Source of the DNA: an uncultured virus (IMG/VR IMGVR_UViG_2061766007_004243)
Taxonomy: Duplodnaviria > Heunggongvirae > Uroviricota > Caudoviricetes
Length of the DNA: 8,560 bases
Reading direction: 5' to 3' (one strand)
Virus record (IMG/VR): IMGVR_UViG_2061766007_004243
A program made the translations under genes and the position numbers. Numbering within the stretch: position 1 is the stretch's first letter; every line of letters starts with the position of its first letter. Under the pieces are notes generated by a model that searched no databases, had not been told where the DNA came from, and saw only the letters and a list, made by a program, of their open reading frames with translations. Shown here piece after piece: positions 1 to 7,420 of this stretch.

Positions 1-214
1 AAAAATGACATTGCGTCCCCTTTCCGCGGGGCAATACCGGGGACGGTTTGTGCGAAAAGCATTCGGATAGAGAGCAACAATATCTGGGACGGTTCCGCCG
101 GTTGGCAGGGAAGACGTTACCGTGTGAGACACTGTCTAAAAAGAAAAAGCTTCGATATAGAGCATTACGCAAGCATATTCATTTGGCACGGTAACAAATG
201 CCTATATATGTGCT

Positions 215-250
215 GGAAAAGTGTCACGGAATGGGCGCGGAAAAAGGCTT
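215..250 (+). repeat. Intergenic repeat copy 1 (core only)
   Basis: GGAAAAGTGTCACGGAATGGGCGCGGAAAAAGGCTT; invariant 15-mer at 223-237; lacks the upstream arm seen in copies 2 and 4-8. Confidence 0.95.
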
Positions 251-312
251 ATGTGAATCGTTTCACGAAGTAAATCTTTCTGAGAAATCCTTGAGAAAGG
301 CAGGATGAAAGA

Positions 313-1467
313 ATGGGACTTTTTTTCACAAACTTACACGTCCTGAAAACCGAAAAAATCAGTCGTGCAACGCTCCTGAAAGAGCTATGCTGTATCATGA
401 AAGAGCAAGGTTATTGTCCAACAGAAAACGGCACACCAGACGCGACATTCTATATAAGCGATCCGAACAGCAAATGGATAAGCGTTTGCAGTGATCTGTA
501 TGAATCCTTCGACGAGGATCTTTACAAAAAACTGTGTTTGCCGCTTGCAAACAGACTGAACACTCCGCTGATGCTGATCAGCTGCTTTGACAGTGATTTT
601 ACATATTTTACCCTGATCGATGCGCAGAATAATCTGGAGTCCTGGGCGAGGGCGGGCGAAGATTACTGGTCTGATCAGGAGGAGACATACAAGGCCGAAG
701 ACTGGAAAAACATCATCGAAGACCCGGTCGCTTTTGAAGCTGCGCTTAGAAAAGAACGTGTTTTCTCGGAAGAATCAATTGGAGAAATCGAACCTCTGCT
801 TGGGATGGCTAAGGGACAGGGCTTTTTTATGCTTGATACGTCGGACGAAATGCCCGGTACAGAGAAGATCTGCTTTTCTTTGACGGAACAACCAGCCGGG
901 CCGGAGCCACCGAGGTTGCAAACGGTTCAACCCAGCCTTAGCCGCTGCAGGATGGGCGAAAGAATCAACATCGTCAGCGCAATCAATCTGGGCGGCGCTT
1001 CCACGGGTTTAGGCATCGCTTTTGTTGGAAACTATGTTGAAAAAGACGAGATCCGTTTTGAGGATGTAAGCCTTGAATACGATCTCGATGATCCCGGCGG
1101 GCGAAAAACCATTCCTGTTGCCCTCACCAAGCGGCAAGCAAAAGACGGAAACCATATATACTATGCCGAAGTCCCTGATTTCCGGATTCCCGAAAAGGTA
1201 AACCCAAAACTGAGCGGGTCGAAACGACAAAAGGAAGATTTTCGAAAGCAGTTCCTCGTTCGCTTTACACCCGTCGGCAATGCACGTAAACTGCTCGATA
1301 TCTGCGTGGTGCTGTTTCCGCTTGAAAACCCGTCTGGACAATGCTCATGGTGTGTCTGGCATCATTTTGGCTCTAAACAAGCGTATATAGAGGAATGTAA
1401 TGATTGCTGGAATCTGTTTCCTGGAGCCCAGTTAAAACCGCTGGATCCGGATGACTACGATCTGTAA
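313..1467 (+). CDS. Hypothetical protein, 384 aa, no signal peptide
   Basis: Long ORF with purine-rich RBS (AAGGCAGGA) upstream; N-terminal MGLFFTNLHV...WISVCSD...LISCFDSD pattern recalls a conserved uncharacterised family; acidic N-half, proline linker, second domain. Confidence 0.85.
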   Translation: MGLFFTNLHVLKTEKISRATLLKELCCIMKEQGYCPTENGTPDATFYISDPNSKWISVCSDLYESFDEDLYKKLCLPLANRLNTPLMLISCFDSDFTYFTLIDAQNNLESWARAGEDYWSDQEETYKAEDWKNIIEDPVAFEAALRKERVFSEESIGEIEPLLGMAKGQGFFMLDTSDEMPGTEKICFSLTEQPAGPEPPRLQTVQPSLSRCRMGERINIVSAINLGGASTGLGIAFVGNYVEKDEIRFEDVSLEYDLDDPGGRKTIPVALTKRQAKDGNHIYYAEVPDFRIPEKVNPKLSGSKRQKEDFRKQFLVRFTPVGNARKLLDICVVLFPLENPSGQCSWCVWHHFGSKQAYIEECNDCWNLFPGAQLKPLDPDDYDL

Positions 1468-1492
1468 CCTAATTACAGGAAGAGGGGTAGGT

Positions 1493-2041
1493 ATGCATTC
1501 TCATAAAAAATGGCTGGTGATTGGTTGCATAGCAATAGTTTGCTTGCTTTTAGCGGGAGTGTTTTTCTGGTTTCAGTATAGATCATCATTAACGCTTACT
1601 GTTCAGGCGACGCTTTATGTGCCGTCCGATGACGCCTACTATATACGAGAATATAACGGATATAGGCCTTATCGGATTTCACCAAACCAGACTGCAAGTA
1701 TTTTATATGACTTGGATCTTCACAAAGCTAAATTCAAACAGAATACATTGACTACGGTTTTTGATCACGGCCCGTATTCAATTGAAGGATCTTTTTCATC
1801 GTCTGAGCTTCAAGCACATTGGGAAAACATCCCGCTTGAAGGAGACTGGCCGTTCTGCATCAGTTTGTATAACACCAGCAGTGGGCGAAGATTTCAAGCC
1901 TATATGGATTTGGAGTTATTCACTGACAAGACTCAGGCTAAAGCAACATTGTACATTTTCTATGAGCACAAAGCGCATCCTGAAATACTGCATTGGGAAG
2001 GAATCATTGGAGAGGAAATCACTTTTTTGTGCGAGCTGTAA
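1493..2041 (+). CDS. Membrane-anchored hypothetical protein, 182 aa
   Basis: ATG 1493 follows AGGAAGAGGGG and is preferred over ATG 1451, which overlaps the previous gene; KKW plus hydrophobic LVIGCIAIVCLLLAGVFFWF anchor. Confidence 0.8.
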   Translation: MHSHKKWLVIGCIAIVCLLLAGVFFWFQYRSSLTLTVQATLYVPSDDAYYIREYNGYRPYRISPNQTASILYDLDLHKAKFKQNTLTTVFDHGPYSIEGSFSSSELQAHWENIPLEGDWPFCISLYNTSSGRRFQAYMDLELFTDKTQAKATLYIFYEHKAHPEILHWEGIIGEEITFLCEL

Positions 2042-2068
2042 CGTGATGCTATCTCTTCTTCCCTGCAA

Positions 2069-2135
2069 AATACGAGGCAAAGCGGAGAAGCAGATGGGCC
2101 GGAAAAGTGTCACGGAATGGGCGCGGAAAAGGGCT
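2069..2135 (+). repeat. Intergenic repeat copy 2 (left arm + core)
   Basis: AATACGAGGCAAAGCGGAGAAGCAGATGGGCCGGAAAAGTGTCACGGAATGGGCGCGGAAAAGGGCT; 15-mer at 2109-2123. Confidence 0.95.
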
Positions 2136-2177
2136 AATAGACTAAATCATTAAGGTGCACTACCAAGGAGAGAAGGC

Positions 2178-2364
2178 ATGGATAATAATGATAATAAAGG
2201 AAAAACAAAATGTAAGATAAGACGAATAATCATATGCACGGTCTTCGTGGTGCTGGCCATATTGCTGTATATGCAAATTAGCTATGAGCTGGGTGGTTTC
2301 TATCTTGGTCCTAAAATCAAAGGAACTGTTATGCTGCGCACCGAAGCAGGGGACATAGTATACG
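2178..2364 (+). CDS. Membrane-anchored hypothetical protein, N-terminal part only (cut by gap)
   Basis: AAGGAG RBS at 2165-2170; basic N-terminus then IIICTVFVVLAILLYM; runs into Ns at 2365. Confidence 0.75.
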
Positions 2365-2381
2365 NNNNNNNNNNCCCATAT

Positions 2382-2411
2382 AAGTGTCACGGAATGGGCG
2401 GGGAAAAGGGC
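2382..2411 (+). repeat. Intergenic repeat copy 3 (core; left arm hidden by gap)
   Basis: AAGTGTCACGGAATGGGCGGGGAAAAGGGC; 15-mer at 2386-2400. Confidence 0.93.
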
Positions 2412-2450
2412 ATAAATTGTGTAAAAATCGTTTTGATGAGGGTGCATCAG

Positions 2451-3167
2451 ATGAAATGGATAGCGGTGTTGCTGGTTGTCGTTTTCACAGTTACATTTTG
2501 CTCGGTCGACGCGGAAGGGGGAGCACCCATTAAAATGGAATTCAGCGAGATGCTTCGTGAAAGGATCGTGGAAATCCTGAAAACCTGGAAGGTAAAGGAT
2601 CAATACGCGATCATGTTTTTCATTTATCCCAATGAATGCAATGAATATGGTGGTTATACCAACATTCCTGAGTTTACTATGCTTTATAAATGTGAAAGCG
2701 ACCTGCCTTCCCAATGTGATCCCTCGTCCGGATCCTCCGACTACGACGAGGAGAGATGGAATCCGGCGTTCTGGTGGGGACTCAACGAGGAGGAAAACGT
2801 TATTGCGTTTAATGAGATCAATCCGATTGCCGACGCACTGATCGACTGGTATCATTCCAGTGGTGTACAGGATATCGGAACCGAGGGCACAGGACATAAT
2901 TATGACAGTGGCATGCGATACGTTGGAAAAGGGCCAAACGGCTTGCCGGAATTGCTGGAACTTGTCACCGAAATAGCGCGGGAGCTTCAAACGGACGGCA
3001 CGATTGAAGCCAAATTTGGAAAGAAAATTCCCATCATTCTCGCAGACTTTGAATTCACATGGTATATGGTAGCGGCTACAGTCAAAGCAAATGCGCACGG
3101 TGAAGCAGATGAATACATTGAAATGTGCTTGCGCGAAGGCTGGGTATATGAAGACCAAATCCGTTGA
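2451..3167 (+). CDS. Hypothetical protein, 238 aa, predicted signal peptide
   Basis: GAGGGTG RBS before ATG 2451; MKWIAVLLVVVFTVTFCSVDA signal-like; acidic body with EERWNPAFW and FGKKIPIILADFE motifs resembling a conserved hypothetical family. Confidence 0.8.
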   Translation: MKWIAVLLVVVFTVTFCSVDAEGGAPIKMEFSEMLRERIVEILKTWKVKDQYAIMFFIYPNECNEYGGYTNIPEFTMLYKCESDLPSQCDPSSGSSDYDEERWNPAFWWGLNEEENVIAFNEINPIADALIDWYHSSGVQDIGTEGTGHNYDSGMRYVGKGPNGLPELLELVTEIARELQTDGTIEAKFGKKIPIILADFEFTWYMVAATVKANAHGEADEYIEMCLREGWVYEDQIR

Positions 3168-3207
3168 GATTTGTCGTGAACCTCTTGGAGTGTCCGGATG
3201 AAGCGCT

Positions 3208-3335
3208 TCCTTTTCCGGCGCAATACGAGGCGAAGGAGAGGAGCAGATGGGCCGGAAAAGTGTCACGGAATGGGCGCGGAAAAGGGCTTGTATAGTGTAA
3301 TTGCCACCATCTCCGTTTTCCCGCGCAGGGCGAGG
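3208..3335 (+). repeat. Intergenic repeat copy 4 (left arm + core + right arm)
   Basis: 15-mer at 3262-3276; right arm CCGTTTTCCCGCGCAGGGCGA at 3313-3333; perfect 10-bp inverted repeat 3210-3219/3251-3260. Confidence 0.95.
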
Positions 3336-3367
3336 CAGAGATAATTCAAAAGAAAGGAAATTAAGCT

Positions 3368-3972
3368 ATGGCGCAGTCCCCAGAGTGGGCTAAGATGCAG
3401 GCTGAATTGAAAGCGTCTGTGATTCCGGAGCTTCGCAAAGCAGGATTCAAAGGGACTTTTCCCCATTTCCAAAGATTGCGGGATGGCAAAGTCGAACTCA
3501 TTTCCTTTATGGCACATAATACAATTGGGGGTGCCTTTGAGGTTGGCGCCTCGGTCATATTTATTGATGTTGCAGAAGAACAACAATCAAATTGGTTCAG
3601 CCCGAAAACAAAAACAGACATTCATAAGCTTACATGGTGCCATGGAAGGATTAGAAATGGATTGCCTGGTATGTATGAAGAAGCTTTTTTCTATGCAGAC
3701 ACTTATGTCAGACACTTTGAGTGGATAGAACCAGGTACTCAAAAGCGCCACAAAGGAAGCTATTACACAGCATTGACAGAAAAATACAAAAACACCTCCG
3801 CTCTCAGTCAGTTAATCGCTAATGGATTCGAACTGGTTCAAAAAGCAGATGACGGGATCTATACTCGTATTGCAGCCGAAGTAAACAAGCAGATGCAAGA
3901 TCTGCTGATTTGGTTTGACAGTATAAAAAGCTTTGATGATCTGAGAGTATTTCAAGAGCAACAGATAACAAA
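3368..3972 (+). CDS. DUF4304-like protein (C-terminus cut by gap)
   Basis: AGAAAGGAAA RBS; LKASVIPELRKAGFKGTFPHFQR...VELISF...GGAFEV matches my recollection of the DUF4304 N-terminal signature; not HMM-verified. Confidence 0.7.
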
Positions 3973-3983
3973 NNNNNNNNNNC

Positions 3984-4067
3984 AGTAGCAACCGCTTTCA
4001 GAGAAGAACATATGAAAGTTGTGTGCCAATAGACGAGAGGATACGAATAGATGTCGAATTCTATTAG
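3984..4067 (+). CDS. C-terminal 27 codons of a hypothetical protein, paralog of the gene ending at 6619
   Basis: Reads SSNRFQRRTYESCVPIDERIRIDVEFY*; 23/27 aa identical to 6536-6619. Missed by the ORF track because it begins in a gap. Confidence 0.8.
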   Translation, partial: SSNRFQRRTYESCVPIDERIRIDVEFY

Positions 4068-4097
4068 GTATGGTCTCGCTACTCCTCTTTCCACTGC

Positions 4098-4164
4098 AAC
4101 ACGGTGCGAAGGGAAGGTGCAGTTAACCCGGAAAAGTGTCACGGAATGGGCGCGGAAATGGGTT
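4098..4164 (+). repeat. Intergenic repeat copy 5 (left arm + core)
   Basis: 15-mer at 4138-4152; followed by RBS-like GGGAAGGGA just before the gap at 4226. Confidence 0.93.
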
Positions 4165-4679
4165 GAATAGTGGGTGCATTTGGCTTGAAAACCATTCGAG
4201 AAACAATTCAATTTTGGGAAGGGATNNNNNNNNNNNNNNNNNNNNNNNNNNNNNNNNNNNNNNNNNNNNNNNNNNNNNNNNNNNNNNNNNNNNNNNNNNN
4301 NNNNNNNNNNNNNNNNNNNNNNNNNNNNNNNNNNNNNNNNNNNNNNNNNNNNNNNNNNNNNNNNNNNNNNNNNNNNNNNNNNNNNNNNNNNNNNNNNNNN
4401 NNNNNNNNNNNNNNNNNNNNNNNNNNNNNNNNNNNNNNNNNNNNNNNNNNNNNNNNNNNNNNNNNNNNNNNNNNNNNNNNNNNNNNNNNNNNNNNNNNNN
4501 NNNNNNNNNNNNNNNNNNNNNNNNNNNNNNNNNNNNNNNNNNNNNNNNNNNNNNNNNNNNNNNNNNNNNNNNNNNNNNNNNNNNNNNNNNNNNNNNNNNN
4601 NNNNNNNNNNNNNNNNNNNNNNNNNNNNNNNNNNNNNNNNNNNNNNNNNNNNNNNNNNNNNNNNNNNNNNNNNNNNNNG

Positions 4680-5129
4680 TCCAAAATGTATTCGTCCCAC
4701 GGAGACAAATCCCAGACAATGAAATCCTCGGCCTGCGGCCCCACGGCCATGGCAGACATTGTAGCGACGCTAATTGACCCGGCTGTTGCACCGCCCGACC
4801 TGGCTGACAAAGCCATGGCCTGGGGCGATCGGTCATACAGCAGCGGCACAAACTGGAGCTTCTTCCCGCACATCGCTAACGAGTACGGTTTCTCCAAGTA
4901 TGTGAAAACCACATCGCTCCCAACGCTCAAAGCGTGCCTTGACTCTGGTGGCTACGCTGTCGCATCCATGGGCAAAGGCTACTGGACTTCGGGTGGGCAT
5001 TACATATGCGTCTGGAAGTACGATGGCGATTATATCTATGCCAATGACCCGGCATCTTCGAAACGAACGAAACAAAAGATAACGGATTTCAATAAGGAGC
5101 GTAAGGCGCTCTTTTGTTTTTGGGGGTAA
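4680..5129 (+). CDS. Peptidase C39-like domain protein (putative phage cell-wall hydrolase), N-terminus in gap
   Basis: Papain-fold C39-like motifs SACGPTAMA (Cys), WTSGGHYI (His), ANDPAS (Asp); stop overlaps the holin start (TAATG). Confidence 0.85.
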   Translation, partial: SKMYSSHGDKSQTMKSSACGPTAMADIVATLIDPAVAPPDLADKAMAWGDRSYSSGTNWSFFPHIANEYGFSKYVKTTSLPTLKACLDSGGYAVASMGKGYWTSGGHYICVWKYDGDYIYANDPASSKRTKQKITDFNKERKALFCFWG

Positions 5130-5292
5130 TGACTATGAGGAACTTTTCAATCGACATCATCTGGGCGAAGATCCAGACCGCGTTCACCGCGCTCGGTGCC
5201 TGGCTGGGGCTATTCCTCGGAGGTGTAGACGGACTGCTCTACGCGCTCATCATTTTCGCCGTGATCGATTATATCACCGGCGTGATGGTGGC
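5129..5292 (+). CDS. Phage holin family protein (toxin secretion/phage lysis holin type), cut by gap
   Basis: ALGAWLGLFLGGVDGLLYALIIFAVIDYITGVMV is typical of Firmicute Phage_holin_4_1 proteins; ATG at 5129 or 5135. Confidence 0.88.
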
Positions 5293-5324
5293 NNNNNNNN
5301 NNTTAACGGAAAGGAAACACGGTT

Positions 5325-6074
5325 ATGAAAAGAATAGCTGCTTTATTGCTCACAATAATCATCGGTTTTGGTTTGATGGCGTTTGGAGAGGAAGATAGCT
5401 TGATAGGAGTATGGAAAATAAATAAATATGTGAATAACTCACAGATTCTTCCGCGTTCAAGTATTTCTTCCGGATCAAGCCTCTTTGAATTTACATCTGA
5501 GGGTACGATTCTGCACCATGGAAGTGTCACATGGCACTACGACAGCACTGAAGATATGATACTCATATCGCCATATTCACTTTTCTCACTTTTGGATTTT
5601 ATTCTTCCATCGGATCGGGAACCGGCACAGTGCGATTACAGGATTTACGAAGGCAGACTCATTATCAAAGGATATTTGGCATCAAATAGATGGCAGCTGT
5701 TTGATAAGATAACAGGAACGGAAGGTTTGGTTGGTATATGGAAATTTGCCGGTTTTTTCGACGAGGAGGAGCTTCCGGCTTTTTTGAACGATCCGGAGAG
5801 TTACGAATCGACAGAAACTTCTTTCGCCGATGCTTTAAGCTACACATTGGAATTCACGGCAACAGGAAAAATGGTTGACACAATGACATACGAGTTAATC
5901 AGATATAAAGCAGTTGACGGAAACACGATCATGCTGATAAATGAAAACGGCGAGCCGACAGATATAGTGCTTAACTTCCATTTTGAGAAGGGACGGCTAG
6001 TTTTAAGCATGATTGACGAACCCGATAACGGGGAGAAATCCACGGTACAGCTGTTTCTCAAACGGGTTGAATAA
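5325..6074 (+). CDS. Secreted protein with two lipocalin-like (GxW) repeats, 249 aa
   Basis: GAAAGGAA RBS; signal peptide MKRIAALLLTIIIGFGLMAFG; LIGVWKI..FEFTSEG..EGRLII repeated as LVGIWKF..LEFTATG..KGRLVL. Confidence 0.75.
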   Translation: MKRIAALLLTIIIGFGLMAFGEEDSLIGVWKINKYVNNSQILPRSSISSGSSLFEFTSEGTILHHGSVTWHYDSTEDMILISPYSLFSLLDFILPSDREPAQCDYRIYEGRLIIKGYLASNRWQLFDKITGTEGLVGIWKFAGFFDEEELPAFLNDPESYESTETSFADALSYTLEFTATGKMVDTMTYELIRYKAVDGNTIMLINENGEPTDIVLNFHFEKGRLVLSMIDEPDNGEKSTVQLFLKRVE

Positions 6075-6107
6075 CCATCCGCTTTCAAATCTGCTCCAAA
6101 CCCGAGT

Positions 6108-6175
6108 AATATGAAGCGAAGGTGAGGGGCAGCTGAGCCTGATAAGTGTCACGGAATGGGCGCGGAAAAGGGCTT
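6108..6175 (+). repeat. Intergenic repeat copy 6 (left arm + core)
   Basis: 15-mer at 6148-6162. Confidence 0.95.
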
Positions 6176-6205
6176 ATATGCAGGCTTGTCATAATGGAGG
6201 AAACC

Positions 6206-6289
6206 GTGAATTACTACGGAAGTCAGGAACACATCGACAGTCTCAAAGATTATGAAAAACGTTTATTCTCAAAGTGTACATTTGATACT
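6206..6289 (+). CDS. Hypothetical protein, first 28 codons (cut by gap)
   Basis: GGAGG at 6196-6200, GTG at 6206, open frame MNYYGSQEHIDSLKDYEKRLFSKCTFDT up to the Ns. Confidence 0.6.
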
Positions 6290-6300
6290 NNNNNNNNNNC

Positions 6301-6378
6301 GTAGCCATTCTTGCCGTTTCCTGTCTCACAATACAAACTGTACTAACGGTAACAGGAGAAATAACAATTCTGAGTGCA
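6301..6378 (+). CDS. Gene fragment between two gaps (end of a hydrophobic anchor plus beta-strand)
   Basis: Open frame VAILAVSCLTIQTVLTVTGEITILSA; possibly the N-terminal part of the gene ending at 6619. Confidence 0.45.
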
Positions 6379-6391
6379 GNNNNNNNNNNGT

Positions 6392-6619
6392 GGTTATGGT
6401 TGGTACGAATGGACTGTAGGTTCCGAAGATGTGCCGATAGATATTTATCTGTTCAATAAAAATGATTGGCAAACAACTCGTTTAGATCTGACCGTTACGC
6501 AGAATGATTATGAATGGTTAATTACAGGCAAGATTAGCAGCAACCGCTTTCAGAGAAGAACATATGAAAGCCGTGTGCCGATTAATGAGATGATACGAAT
6601 AAGCGTTGAATTCTATTAG
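6392..6619 (+). CDS. Hypothetical protein, C-terminal part
   Basis: Open frame GYGWYEW...RISVEFY*; supported by the paralog at 3984-4067, with several synonymous differences. Confidence 0.8.
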   Translation, partial: GYGWYEWTVGSEDVPIDIYLFNKNDWQTTRLDLTVTQNDYEWLITGKISSNRFQRRTYESRVPINEMIRISVEFY

Positions 6620-6644
6620 TAGCGTTCTCTCCCTGTTTCTATAT

Positions 6645-6753
6645 AATATGATGCAAATAGAAGAGGCAGCTGGCCCGGAAAAGCGTCACGGAATGGGCGC
6701 GGAAAGTGGCTTATAGTGTAAAACCACCCTCTCCGTTTTCCCGCGCAGGGCGA
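6645..6753 (+). repeat. Intergenic repeat copy 7 (left arm + core + right arm)
   Basis: 15-mer at 6685-6699; right arm CCGTTTTCCCGCGCAGGGCGA at 6733-6753. Confidence 0.95.
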
Positions 6754-6802
6754 AAGAGAAAGGCAAAGATCACCTAATAAAACCTACAAGGGGAATTACA
6801 AC

Positions 6803-7351
6803 ATGGGAAAAAGACGTCTGTTTGTAGTTTTCATTCTGCTATGCTGTGCATTATGCTCCTGTACATTAAGGGAAAAAAGGATCAGCGAGGAGGAGTTGAT
6901 CACCGCATTCAACAACAATTATGAGCAATTGAATCAATGCGCGGAGATCCTTTATTCAAATGCTGATCCATGGAAGACAACGATACGCGAAGAACGAAAA
7001 TATAACTGGGAATTGGATCTTAATGAAGATTACACTCAGATATTTGGTAAGGAAAATTGGCTTATCGTTAAAGCAACAATAGACAAGTTCAAACCAGCAA
7101 GCGTAGCTTATTATGTGCATACAATCCGTGATTTTGATTTACCGAGAGTAGAATTCTCTTTCATTAGCAGCGATTCAAAGCCAAGTGAGAAATACTGGAA
7201 GATGTATGTACTTTATTACATTCCGACAGCGCATCCGATCGAAGACGACAAATATGAGTACATCAAAGAACTCTTTGCAGAGGGAGGAGTAAACAACTTG
7301 ATCAGACTGGATGATGACTGGTATTATTCGATTCATGAAGAGAATTGGTAG
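6803..7351 (+). CDS. Putative lipoprotein, 182 aa
   Basis: AAGGGGA RBS; MGKRR, hydrophobic stretch, lipobox-like LCSC (Cys20). Confidence 0.8.
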   Translation: MGKRRLFVVFILLCCALCSCTLREKRISEEELITAFNNNYEQLNQCAEILYSNADPWKTTIREERKYNWELDLNEDYTQIFGKENWLIVKATIDKFKPASVAYYVHTIRDFDLPRVEFSFISSDSKPSEKYWKMYVLYYIPTAHPIEDDKYEYIKELFAEGGVNNLIRLDDDWYYSIHEENW

Positions 7352-7420
7352 TTTTCTGTATACTCTCCTCTATTGACTTGAAACAAGGACTGAAAACTGT
7401 TTAGCTACAAACAAACATCT

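Noticed and set aside
1..273. Open frame 1 at the window start, and a 7-bp inverted repeat CGTCCCC/GGGGACG (14-20/39-45) faintly resembling the repeat arm
   Set aside because: The frame runs through repeat copy 1 and has no recognisable motif; the hairpin has no clear U-tract and the similarity is too short to call.
2094..2135. Repeat as a conserved peptide (MGRKSVTEWARKR)
   Set aside because: Copy 8 has a 1-nt deletion before the core, start codons are not conserved across copies, and the copies lie between a stop and the next RBS.
2178..3167. Single 329-aa ORF from the track
   Set aside because: It reads through an N-gap and repeat copy 3; it is two separate genes (2178-gap and 2451-3167).
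2160..3266. 368-aa minus-strand ORF and other antisense or alternate-frame ORFs (e.g. 1009-1341, 1761-2153, 8045-8485)
   Set aside because: Shadows of better-supported plus-strand genes; several start inside the repeat and show no recognisable motifs.
3819..4930. Long ORFs spanning the 453-N gap
   Set aside because: Artefacts of N translation; only 4680-5129 is supported.
5114..5398. 94-aa holin ORF as given in the track
   Set aside because: Its tail after the gap is an off-frame read of the next gene; the true holin C-terminus is missing.
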